32,000 nt of DNA from an uncultured Opitutales bacterium (lineage in GTDB: Bacteria > Verrucomicrobiota > Verrucomicrobiia > Opitutales > Intestinicryptomonadaceae), in contig CAKUIA010000015.1 in NCBI GenBank assembly GCA_934660865.1, positions 1 through 32,000 on the forward strand, read 5' to 3'. Within the stretch, counting starts at the first letter, position 1. Every line of letters begins with the position of its first letter. The position numbers were made by a program, and so were the translations under genes. Below, in pieces: positions 9,061 through 16,754 of the stretch. The notes under the pieces were generated by a model. The model saw only the letters and a program-made list of their open reading frames with translations. It was not told where the DNA came from and made no database searches.

Positions 9061-10332
9061 ATGAAAAACAAAACCGCAAGTAAAAACAAGGCAAAGTCCG
9101 CAGCCCAAAAGGTTGCGGCCAAAAAACCCGCGTTAAAACCGGTTAAAAAATCGGCTCCCAAAAAAGCGGTTGCCGCAAAGAAAACGGCAAAGCCCGCTCC
9201 CGCAAAAAGCGCGGCAAAAAAGCAGCCCGCCAAAAAGGTTGCGGTAAAAGCGCAACCCAAAGCGGCCGCAAAAAAGGCGGTTTTGGCTCCCAAGCAGCTT
9301 GCAAAGAAAGTTGCAGGCAAAAAACCCGCTTTAATGCCCGTTAAAAAGGCGGCAAAAAATCCCGCCGAAACAAAACAGCCCAAGTCGGCCGCAAAAGTTC
9401 CCGCAAAAGCCGCCGCACAGGCAAAGGCAAAGCCGCAGACAAAATCGCAATTTGGCGCGGCAAAAGCTGTTCCCTCAAAAAAGGCGGTTAAAAAGCAGCC
9501 CGAACCCGAAAAAACTCCCAACATTTTAGAGCTTATCGACAAAGACGCCATTTTAAAAGACGCCATGGCCGAGAAAGTGCCCCTAAGGGACACCAAAAAG
9601 AAAAAGGGCAAGCAGCGCGTAAGAGCCGCAGCCTCTATCTACAGCTCGTACGACGAAATCATTGCTCTAATGAACGAAAACAAGGGCAAAAAAGACGCAC
9701 TTTCGTCTACAATTTCGGGCAAGATAGACTCCAAAAAAGGCAGGGCAAATTCTTCGGCCGACACCATTAAAAAGAAAATGGCGGCGGCCCCCAAGCAGAC
9801 TTTCGAAGTAGCTTCGATTGCCGATATTTTGGGCTTCGACCCGCGCGAGCAGCGCATAGGCATTATCGCTGAAAAAGACGTTCCGCAAAAGTGGAAGAAA
9901 TATTACAACCTTTTGGTAGACCTTCTCGAAAAATACAAGAGGGGCGTAAGCGAAAGGTCGTCGGAAATACTTAAAAAGTCGGTTAGGGAGGAGTCGGGCG
10001 ACTTGTCGGCCTACGGGCAGCACCAGGCCGATGTCGGCACCGAAAGCTTTGAAAGGGATATGGCGTTTTCGATGATTTCGAACGACAAAGTTATTGTCGG
10101 CGAAATAGAGGCCGCCATAGAGCGCATAAAGAACGGAACCTACGGCATTTGCGAGTATACGGGCAAACCCATTCCCGAATCGAGACTGCTTTCGATTCCC
10201 TACACGCGCTACACGATAGAGGGCCAGCGCCACAAGGAAGACGAAATACGCAAGCAAAAACTCGGCGCGCGTCAGGAAATGATGGGCGAAATCCCGTCGG
10301 ATTCCATTTCGGGCGGCGACGACGGCGAATAA
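9061..10332 (+). CDS. Fusion protein: Lys/Ala/Pro-rich histone-H1-like N-terminal region (~150 aa), a linker, and a C-terminal DksA/TraR-family-like domain with a degenerate zinc finger
   Basis: The track ORF 8959-10332 overlaps ileS, so the start is trimmed to ATG 9061 (MKNKTASKNKAKSAAQKVAAKKPALKPVKK...). The C-terminal part KWKKYYNLLVDLLEKY...HQADVGTESFERDMAFSMISNDKVIVGEIEAAIERIKNGTYGICEYTGKPIPESRLLSIPYTRYTIEGQ matches the DksA/TraR pattern GTYGxCExxGxxIxxxRLxxxP. Only 1 of the 4 canonical Cys is kept (C-T-Y-E). It occupies the slot between ileS and lspA. Confidence 0.75.
   Translation: MKNKTASKNKAKSAAQKVAAKKPALKPVKKSAPKKAVAAKKTAKPAPAKSAAKKQPAKKVAVKAQPKAAAKKAVLAPKQLAKKVAGKKPALMPVKKAAKNPAETKQPKSAAKVPAKAAAQAKAKPQTKSQFGAAKAVPSKKAVKKQPEPEKTPNILELIDKDAILKDAMAEKVPLRDTKKKKGKQRVRAAASIYSSYDEIIALMNENKGKKDALSSTISGKIDSKKGRANSSADTIKKKMAAAPKQTFEVASIADILGFDPREQRIGIIAEKDVPQKWKKYYNLLVDLLEKYKRGVSERSSEILKKSVREESGDLSAYGQHQADVGTESFERDMAFSMISNDKVIVGEIEAAIERIKNGTYGICEYTGKPIPESRLLSIPYTRYTIEGQRHKEDEIRKQKLGARQEMMGEIPSDSISGGDDGE
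9064..9519 (+). repeat. Low-complexity coding repeat (AKK/PAKK/KKPAL units) encoding the basic N-terminal domain
   Basis: About 150 codons dominated by GCN/AAA/AAG/CCN. There is an internal duplication KKPAL(K/M)PVKK(S/A)A at aa 21-32 and 87-98. Confidence 0.8.
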
Positions 10333-10336
10333 ATTT

Positions 10337-10846
10337 ATGGCGTCAAAAAAACAGCCCATTGCAAGCGAAAACATATTCTATTTTATGTTGCCCGCCTTTG
10401 CGCTTTTTATTGCCGACCAGCTAAGCAAGCTGGCTGTGATAAAATTCGTGTCGTTTGCCGACGACAAAATAGACATTATAGACGGGTTTTTCTCGATAAT
10501 ACACGTTACAAACGCAGGCGCCGCCTGGGGTATGCTTAGCGGCAGAACCTATTTTTTAAGCAGCATAGCATTGCTTACGCTGGTGGCCCTTTGGCTTTTT
10601 AGGCGCGAGCTGGGCTTCGAGTTTAAGTCGGTTTGCGTTTGCATGGGAATGTTTGTAGGCGGCGTTTTGGGCAATCTGTTCGACAGGCTAACCTGCGGGC
10701 ATGTTGTGGATTTTTTGGACGTTTACATTCCGTACATAAACTACAGGTGGCCCGCATTTAACATTGCCGATTGCGGCATTTGCGTGGGCGTGTTCATGTA
10801 TATAATAATTTCAATGGCATTTCTTCCAAAAGAGCAAAAAAAGTAG
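10337..10846 (+). CDS. lspA: Lipoprotein signal peptidase (signal peptidase II)
   Basis: 169 aa with four hydrophobic segments. Contains the motifs VTNAGAAWGML, GNLFDRL, VVDFLDV and WPAFNIADCGICVG. Shows the classic ileS-lspA linkage. Confidence 0.93.
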   Translation: MASKKQPIASENIFYFMLPAFALFIADQLSKLAVIKFVSFADDKIDIIDGFFSIIHVTNAGAAWGMLSGRTYFLSSIALLTLVALWLFRRELGFEFKSVCVCMGMFVGGVLGNLFDRLTCGHVVDFLDVYIPYINYRWPAFNIADCGICVGVFMYIIISMAFLPKEQKK

Positions 10847-10850
10847 GAAA

Positions 10851-12143
10851 ATGAAAATTCTCGATTTTAAGTCAAAAAATTTCGAAAAAGAGCTTTGCAA
10901 AATTACCGACGCAAAAGAGGGTTCTTCGCAGATAACCGAAATAGTGTCGAAAGTTATTGCCGACATTAAATTAAACGGCGATAAGGCTTTGCTTGAATAT
11001 ACTAAAAAATTCGACAAAGCCGAATTGACGCCCAAAACGCTTGCCGTTTCGAAAGCGGAAATTGCAAAGGCTTTAAGGGAAACTTCGGCCGCTGAAAAGG
11101 CGCAAATTAAAGAGGCCATAAAGTGCGTTTCGTTTTTCCATAAAAAGACAATGCCGAAAAACTGGAGGGCGAAAAACCCGCAGGGCGCAATAGTGGGCGA
11201 AAACTTTTACCCGATAAACAGGGTGGGGCTTTATATCCCCGGCGGGCAGGTTCCCCTTGTCTCTACCGTTGTAATGACGGGCGTTTTGGCCAAAATTGCA
11301 AAGTGCCCCGAAATTTGCGTATGCACGCCGCCTTCGCCAGAGGGCAAAATAAATTCGAAACTGCTTTGCGCGCTTTCGTTTTTGGGCATAAGCGAAATCT
11401 ACAAATGCGGCGGCAGCCAGGCAATAGCTGCAATGGCCTTGGGCACAAAAACCATAAAGCCCGTAGACAAGCTTTTCGGCCCCGGCAACGCGTTTGTTAT
11501 AGAGGCCAAAAGGCAGATGTTCGGCAAAGTTGGCGTAGACTTGCTCCCCGGGCCGAGCGAAGTTTTGATATTGTCCGACAGCACGGCTTCGGCAAAGTAT
11601 GTTGCAGCCGACTTGCTTTCGCAGGCCGAACACGGTTCTGGCAGAGAGCGCATATTCTATGTTTCAACCTCCGAAACTTTGCTTAAAAAGGTTTTAAAGG
11701 AAATAGAAATTCAGGCGCAAACATTGTCGCGCAGGGAAAAGTTGAAGGCGATTATAGAAAATTCTACCTACGTTATACATTGCCCCGATATTAAAAGCGC
11801 AGCCTACGTTGCCAACCGCATAGCCCCCGAACATATGGAGCTGCAAGTTGCCGCCAAAGATTTGCCCTATTTGGAAAAGAACATAAAAACGGCGGGCGCG
11901 ATTTTGGCGGGCGAATATACCCCCACCGTTTTGGGCGACTTTACCGCGGGCCCAAGCCATACGCTGCCTACGGGCGGAACGGGCAGGTTTTCGGGCGGTT
12001 TGCAGCTTATAGATTTTATGCGCAGGTCGTCGTTCGTAAAGTACGACAAAAAATCCATTGCAAAGGCCGCCCCCGTTGTTGCGGCGTTTTCGAAAATGGA
12101 AATGCTCGACGCCCACGGAGCTTCGCTTTTAAAGCGCTTGTAA
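10851..12143 (+). CDS. hisD: Histidinol dehydrogenase
   Basis: 430 aa. Contains GGSQAIAAMALGT, LPGPSEVLILSD, LLSQAEHG, APEHMELQV and GDFTAGPSHTLPTGGTGRFSGGL. Confidence 0.95.
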   Translation: MKILDFKSKNFEKELCKITDAKEGSSQITEIVSKVIADIKLNGDKALLEYTKKFDKAELTPKTLAVSKAEIAKALRETSAAEKAQIKEAIKCVSFFHKKTMPKNWRAKNPQGAIVGENFYPINRVGLYIPGGQVPLVSTVVMTGVLAKIAKCPEICVCTPPSPEGKINSKLLCALSFLGISEIYKCGGSQAIAAMALGTKTIKPVDKLFGPGNAFVIEAKRQMFGKVGVDLLPGPSEVLILSDSTASAKYVAADLLSQAEHGSGRERIFYVSTSETLLKKVLKEIEIQAQTLSRREKLKAIIENSTYVIHCPDIKSAAYVANRIAPEHMELQVAAKDLPYLEKNIKTAGAILAGEYTPTVLGDFTAGPSHTLPTGGTGRFSGGLQLIDFMRRSSFVKYDKKSIAKAAPVVAAFSKMEMLDAHGASLLKRL

Positions 12144-12163
12144 AAGCTTTTCAAAAAAAACGT

Positions 12164-12198
12164 AAAGCCCTGCCGATTTTTTTGCAGGGCTTTTTTTT
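12164..12198 (+). terminator. Rho-independent terminator after hisD
   Basis: AAAGCCCTGC-cgattttttt-GCAGGGCTTT (10-bp stem) runs into a T8 tract. It starts 21 nt after the hisD stop. Confidence 0.8.
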
Positions 12199-12288
12199 GC
12201 GCGGCAACTTTCGGCGCAAATAAGACTTTTTGCGCAAATATATTTGGAACTTGTCGAAAAATCGGCTTTGTGGTAGACGTTTGCTACA

Positions 12289-12876
12289 ATGACAGAATGG
12301 GAGAAAATGCAGGCAGGCGAAATCTACAACGATTTCGACCAAGATTTATTTAACCGCCGAGTTGAGGCAAAGAAACTCTTTTACGCTTACAACCATACCG
12401 GAGATTGCGATGTGCAAAAGCGCAAAGACATTATGAGGCAACTGTTTAAGTCTGTGGGCGAGAATGTATGGATAGAGCCCGATTTTCGCTGCGAGTTCGG
12501 CAAAAATATCTCCATAGGCAACAATGTTTACATAAATTTTGGCTGCATAATTTTAGACTGCGGGCAAGTGAGCATAGGCGACAACACTTTGATTGGCCCA
12601 AATGTCGGGATTTTTACGGGCAACCACGCAATAGACGCCCAAGAGCGTGTAGACGGCGGGCTTATTCCCAAGCCCGTTTGTATAGGAAAGAGGGTGTGGA
12701 TTTGCGGCAATGTAAGCATTGTGCCCGGAGTGTGTATAGGCGACGATTCAGTTATCGGCGCAGGCAGCGTAATAACGCACGATATCCCGTCGGGCGTTGT
12801 TGCGGCGGGAAACCCATGCCGCGTTTTGCGCAAGATTACCGAAAAGGATAAAATAGGCTATAAAACCGGCAAATAA
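12289..12876 (+). CDS. maa: Maltose/galactoside O-acetyltransferase family (left-handed beta-helix)
   Basis: 195 aa. The N-terminal Mac-type segment MTEWEKMQAGEIYNDFDQDLFNRRVEAKKLFYAYN is followed by hexapeptide repeats (IGNNVYINFGCIILDCGQVSIGDNTLIGPNVGI...). Confidence 0.85.
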   Translation: MTEWEKMQAGEIYNDFDQDLFNRRVEAKKLFYAYNHTGDCDVQKRKDIMRQLFKSVGENVWIEPDFRCEFGKNISIGNNVYINFGCIILDCGQVSIGDNTLIGPNVGIFTGNHAIDAQERVDGGLIPKPVCIGKRVWICGNVSIVPGVCIGDDSVIGAGSVITHDIPSGVVAAGNPCRVLRKITEKDKIGYKTGK

Positions 12877-12877
12877 G

Positions 12878-14068
12878 GTGGACAAGCTTGTTCCAAACGG
12901 CGGCATACCGCGCAATATTCTATTTGCAATGGCGCTTATAGGCGGGTTGTCCGTTGCAAATTTATACTATAACCAGCCTTTGCTGGAGGCAATGCGTCGG
13001 TCGCTCGGCGCAACCGAACTTCAGGCAAACCTTATCACATTCATCACTCAAACGGGATATGCTGCGGGGCTTGTTTTTGTAGTGCCTTTGGCGGACAAAG
13101 TTTCGCGCCGAAAAATCATTGCGGTAAATATGGCTGTTGCCGTTGTTTGCTGCCTGTCTATCGCATTTGGCGGCAGCCTTTGGCTGATATGGTTTGCCTC
13201 GCTTGTGTTGGGCTGCAACAGCGTTGTTCCGCAAATGTTCATACCCGTGGCAAGCCGTTTTTCAACCCCAAAAAACAAGTCGCGCAATATGGGCATTGTG
13301 CTGACGGGCTTGTTAAGCGGGGTGCTTGGCGCAAGGGTTTTAAGCGGCTATGTGGGCGAGTTGGCCGGTTGGCGCGCAATGTTTGTTGTTGCCGCGGTTA
13401 TAATGGCCTTGTGTTTTGTTTATATGTTGCGCACGCTGCCTATAATGCCCGGTAGTTTTAACGGCTCCTACCTAAAGCTTATGAAATCCATAGCCGGCAT
13501 ATATTGCAAATATCCCGTTATCCGTATTTACTCTTTTCGAGGCGGGTTAAGCTTTGCCAGTATGATGGCAATATGGTCTTGCATGGCATTCCATTTGGCA
13601 GACTCTCCGTTTTATGCGGGAAGCGACGCGGTCGGTATGCTTGGTCTTTGCGGGCTTGCCGGGGCGGCCGCCGCAAGCGGAATAGGCAAATACATACCGC
13701 GTTTTGGCATAGAAAAGTTTTGCTGGGCGGGAAACCTAATGCAATTAACGGCTTGGGCCGTTGCCTATTTCTTTTCGGATAGCTATAATGGCCTTGTGGC
13801 GGCAATTATGCTTGTAGATGTCGGCGCGCAGTGCTACCAACTAAGCAATCAAAGCGGGTGCTTGGCTCTTGTGCCGGAAGCTGCAAACCGCGCCAATACA
13901 ATATTTATGAGCCACCTTTTTGCGGGAGGCAGCCTCGGCACGCTATGCGCGGGTTTTGCCTGGAATTACGGCGGCTGGAATGCCGTTTGCCTTGTGGGCT
14001 TTGCGTTTGCCTTTGCTTTGTCGGCGGTAAATATTCTTTTCAAAAAAAGCGAACTTTGCGCAAGATGA
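12878..14068 (+). CDS. Major facilitator superfamily transporter (about 12 TM segments)
   Basis: 396 aa, highly hydrophobic with a repeated 6+6 organisation. Begins at GTG one base after the maa stop; the alternative start ATG 12929 cannot be excluded. Confidence 0.85.
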   Translation: MDKLVPNGGIPRNILFAMALIGGLSVANLYYNQPLLEAMRRSLGATELQANLITFITQTGYAAGLVFVVPLADKVSRRKIIAVNMAVAVVCCLSIAFGGSLWLIWFASLVLGCNSVVPQMFIPVASRFSTPKNKSRNMGIVLTGLLSGVLGARVLSGYVGELAGWRAMFVVAAVIMALCFVYMLRTLPIMPGSFNGSYLKLMKSIAGIYCKYPVIRIYSFRGGLSFASMMAIWSCMAFHLADSPFYAGSDAVGMLGLCGLAGAAAASGIGKYIPRFGIEKFCWAGNLMQLTAWAVAYFFSDSYNGLVAAIMLVDVGAQCYQLSNQSGCLALVPEAANRANTIFMSHLFAGGSLGTLCAGFAWNYGGWNAVCLVGFAFAFALSAVNILFKKSELCAR

Positions 14069-14140
14069 CGATTGTCTGCAGTAGCGAGCGGTTTTAACAC
14101 GGCAAACATGCGCAAAAGCGGGCGATAATGCAGGCATTTT

Positions 14141-14172
14141 AAGCCGACAAGGCCGGGGCTTTGGCTTTTATT
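14141..14172 (+). terminator. Possible weak terminator after the MFS gene
   Basis: Interrupted stem AAGCC-gac-AAGGC / GCTTT-GGCTT followed by TTATT. The stem is imperfect and the T-run short. Confidence 0.35.
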
Positions 14173-14182
14173 AAAAACAAAA

Positions 14183-15112
14183 TCAGTCTCTTGCCGAAAG
14201 TATCCTAAGCGCGCTTAGCATAAAATATTCGAGAGCGGTTGTGTCCTTTAAATTAAGCTCCATTAAAGAGGCGCAAAGCTCCAGCTTTTCGGTGCAAGCC
14301 CCTATTTTCGAGATTGAAATTTCGCCCGAGCTTGCCGAATTTAAAACGGCGTTTTCCATTTGCGAAAGCATTTTTTTTGTCAGGCTTTTGCGTTCGGAAG
14401 CCTTTATTGCCTCCAGCTGTTCGTCGTCTAGCTCCTCGCTGGCAGCCTCGTCTACAACCGAGTCGGAAAGCTCTTTTGCAACAAGCGCAAAGCGCGAAAG
14501 CAGCGAGTAGCACTGCGTTATATTTGCAACGGCCTCTTTCGAATTTGCGGGCGTTGCGCACTTTTTTACCCAGCTTTCAAAGTCGCCAATCCACTCGGCC
14601 CACTGCTCGTCGTCTATGCCTTCGGCGTCGGACTGTATTTTAACCATAATGCAGCGGCTTTTAATAGTGTCTAATATGTCGTTGGCGCGCTGTGTAATCA
14701 AAATTATGGTAGTCTGTTGCGGCGGTTCTTCCAGCGTCTTTAAAAATGCGTTTGCCGATTCCTGGTTCATTCGGTCGGCTTCGTATACAAGGGCAACTTT
14801 TGCGCCGCCTGCGTTGGAAGTTTGCCTAAGCTCGGCAAGCAGGTGGCGCATTGTGTTTTGCGGCCAGCTGCCCTGCGACTTTTCCGAATCGCTGCCGATT
14901 TTTATTATGCGCATTTTGCCTTCGGGGCGAAGGGTAAAAAAGTCGGGGTGCTTTGTGCAGTCGGCGCATTTTAGGATTTGCGAAGCCAGTTTTTTTGCAA
15001 CTTCCTCCAATCCGTTAAGCGAGGGGCCGTATAGCAGAATTGAATGGTGCAGCCGCCTTGCGTTGTATGCGGTTAGCAGAATGTCGTAGGCTCTTTGTTC
15101 GGACTTGTTCAT
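14183..15112 (-). CDS. holB: DNA polymerase III delta-prime subunit
   Basis: 309 aa. Contains LHHSILLYGP, ADRMNQESANAFLKTLEEPPQQTTIILI and LDTIKSRC. Its start overlaps the tmk stop by 4 nt (ATGA), the usual tmk-holB arrangement. Confidence 0.88.
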   Translation of the reverse strand: MNKSEQRAYDILLTAYNARRLHHSILLYGPSLNGLEEVAKKLASQILKCADCTKHPDFFTLRPEGKMRIIKIGSDSEKSQGSWPQNTMRHLLAELRQTSNAGGAKVALVYEADRMNQESANAFLKTLEEPPQQTTIILITQRANDILDTIKSRCIMVKIQSDAEGIDDEQWAEWIGDFESWVKKCATPANSKEAVANITQCYSLLSRFALVAKELSDSVVDEAASEELDDEQLEAIKASERKSLTKKMLSQMENAVLNSASSGEISISKIGACTEKLELCASLMELNLKDTTALEYFMLSALRILSARD

Positions 15113-15744
15113 AGCGCAAATTTCTCGATTACAGCCTTTGCTATTTTTGCAAAAGTTTCCTCTTTGCTGCCCGAAACGTCTATAACTGCAAAGCGTTGGG
15201 GGTTTTCTTTTGCCGTCTTTAAAAACGCGTTTCTTACGTCGTTGTAAAACGAAATGTTTTGCGAGCCCATGCGGTCGGCCTTGTCGTTGTCGCGTATGCT
15301 TGCGCGCCTAAGCCCCTCTTGTACGGGAATGTCGAGCAACAGCGTAAGCTGGGGCATAGTGCCCGAAACTGCAAAGTCGTTTATGTATTTTACTTCGTTT
15401 ATATCCAGTTTTCGCGCGGCGCCCTGATAGGCCATTGTAGAGTCGTAGAACCTGTCGGAAATAACGCATTTGCCCTCGCATAATGCGGGGTTTATCACTT
15501 CGTTTACAAGCTGCGCCCTTGCCGCGGCAAAAAGCAAAAGCTCGGTTTTAGAGCACATATTTGCCGATTTTTTGCCGTCTAAAAGAATCTCCCTAATTCT
15601 TTCCGAAATTGTGTTGCCGCCGGGTTCCCTTACAACAAGGCAGTCTATGCCGCGCCGTTGTAAAAATTCGCAAAGCGATTTTATGTGCGTGCTTTTGCCG
15701 CAGCCTTCGCCGCCTTCAAACGAAATGAACATGGATTTTTTCAT
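15109..15744 (-). CDS. tmk: Thymidylate kinase
   Basis: The track ORF starts at 15792. It is trimmed to ATG 15744 (MKKSMFISFEGGEGCGKSTH) so that the P-loop lies near the N-terminus. Also contains REPGG. Confidence 0.93.
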   Translation of the reverse strand: MKKSMFISFEGGEGCGKSTHIKSLCEFLQRRGIDCLVVREPGGNTISERIREILLDGKKSANMCSKTELLLFAAARAQLVNEVINPALCEGKCVISDRFYDSTMAYQGAARKLDINEVKYINDFAVSGTMPQLTLLLDIPVQEGLRRASIRDNDKADRMGSQNISFYNDVRNAFLKTAKENPQRFAVIDVSGSKEETFAKIAKAVIEKFAL

Positions 15745-16142
15745 TGTCGAAATTGTGCCAACTAAAAGATTTTTCGTAAAGCTTTTTTGCACATTTTGCG
15801 TATGCCGAATTTTTTGTTTTATAATTTTTGCGGCGCGTTTTGCGCGCGAAATTTTTTTGAAAATTTTTTGCGTTTTACAAAAAATTTATGCTTGAGTTTT
15901 TGCGCTTAAATTTTCATATTCAAAAAAGAGAAAACAAATTTGGCAGTAGCACTTCTAAAAAATCTCGGCCTTTAATGACAAAATATTTTTATAGCGGTTT
16001 AAAAAATTCCGGCGCAAAGTCGGGGGCTGTAAAGGTGTCGGTTTTGCCAAACAATATACGTTGCAATGCTTTTTTAAATTTTCGCGGCAAAGGCGCAAAC
16101 GCTTTTGCTTGCGGATATTCACACAACACTAACACTAAAAAC

Positions 16143-16148
16143 TATAAT
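16143..16148 (+). promoter_or_regulatory. Consensus -10 hexamer TATAAT only 5 nt upstream of the H1-like ATG (candidate leaderless transcript)
   Basis: The sequence reads aaaacTATAATacattATG. No SD is present and no good -35 was found (CACACA at a 17-nt spacing). Confidence 0.4.
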
Positions 16149-16153
16149 ACATT

Positions 16154-16516
16154 ATGGCAGTAGCAAAGAAAAAAGCAGTTGCAAAAAAAGCTCCCGCAAA
16201 GAAGGCGGTAGCCAAAAAAGTAGTGGCTAAAAAACCCGTTGCAAAGAAAGCGGCGGCAAAAAAAGTTGTAGCCAAAAAGGCAGTAGCTAAGAAGGCGGTT
16301 GCAAAAAAAGCTCCCGCAAAGAAAGCGGTTGCCAAGAAACCCGCTGCGAAAAAAGCGGTAGCCAAAAAGGCTGTTGTAAAAAAGGCGGCGACAAAGCCCG
16401 CTGCCAAAAAGGCAGTAGCTAAAAAGGTAGTTGCAAAAAAAGCGGTTGCAAAGAAGGCAGTTGCCAAGAAAGCCCCCGCAAAGAAGTGCTGCAAAAAGTG
16501 CTCCTGCAAAAAATAG
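16154..16516 (+). CDS. Histone-H1-like Ala/Lys-repeat DNA-binding protein with a C-terminal Cys cluster
   Basis: 120 aa: [32 protein letters not shown]... ending [11 protein letters not shown]. Flanked by a TATAAT upstream and a strong terminator downstream. The composition resembles bacterial H1-like proteins such as chlamydial Hc1/Hc2 tails and AlgP-type KPAA repeats. Confidence 0.8.
   Translation: MAVAKKKAVAKKAPAKKAVAKKVVAKKPVAKKAAAKKVVAKKAVAKKAVAKKAPAKKAVAKKPAAKKAVAKKAVVKKAATKPAAKKAVAKKVVAKKAVAKKAVAKKAPAKKCCKKCSCKK
16166..16486 (+). repeat. Tandem coding repeats (15-nt A-V/P-A-K-K units with longer internal duplications)
   Basis: A perfect 26-nt repeat gttgcaaaaaaagctcccgcaaagaa occurs at 16178-16203 and 16298-16323 (120-nt spacing). 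gccaaaaaggcagtagctaa is repeated at about 16271 and 16403. Confidence 0.75.
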
Positions 16517-16543
16517 TAGCCTACAGTTTTTTTAGTTTTTTAA

Positions 16544-16576
16544 GGGGTTCGGTTTTTTTGCCGAACCTTTTTTTTG
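16544..16576 (+). terminator. Rho-independent terminator of the H1-like gene
   Basis: GGTTCGG-tttttttg-CCGAACC followed by a T9 run. It begins about 30 nt after the stop. Confidence 0.85.
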
Positions 16577-16754
16577 GATTTTTGCGGCAAAAAATGCCTG
16601 CACAAAATTGCGGCGGCGGCAATTTTTTTTGTAGCTTTGTGCATAAATTCTACAATTTTGTAGAAAGCCGCACTTTTTTGGTTAAGCTTGGTAAAAAAAG
16701 CCATATAATTGTTGCAATTTTTGCAAATAGGTTTTGAAATTTGCTCTTAAAACT

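Noticed and set aside
8955-9611. A 218-aa minus-strand ORF (F/A/G/T-rich, looks like a membrane protein) lies opposite the Lys/Ala repeat. A similar 124-aa ORF lies at 16135-16509.
   Set aside because: These are mirror images of AAA/GCN repeat codons (TTT/NGC) and therefore stop-free by construction. The plus-strand genes have proper starts, terminators and genomic context.
15745-16153. The 409-bp AT-rich intergenic region contains a DnaA-box-like ATATTCACA (16115-16123). It was considered as a replication origin or an ncRNA locus.
   Set aside because: There is only one imperfect box, no dnaA/dnaN context, no convincing conserved secondary structure, and no tRNA-, tmRNA- or RNase P-like motifs. 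It is best explained as a divergent promoter region for tmk and the H1-like gene.
16166-16486. Short periodic repeats were considered as a CRISPR array or a non-coding minisatellite.
   Set aside because: The period is 15 nt with no unique spacers. The repeats stay in one reading frame, which encodes AKK units between a good start and a terminator.
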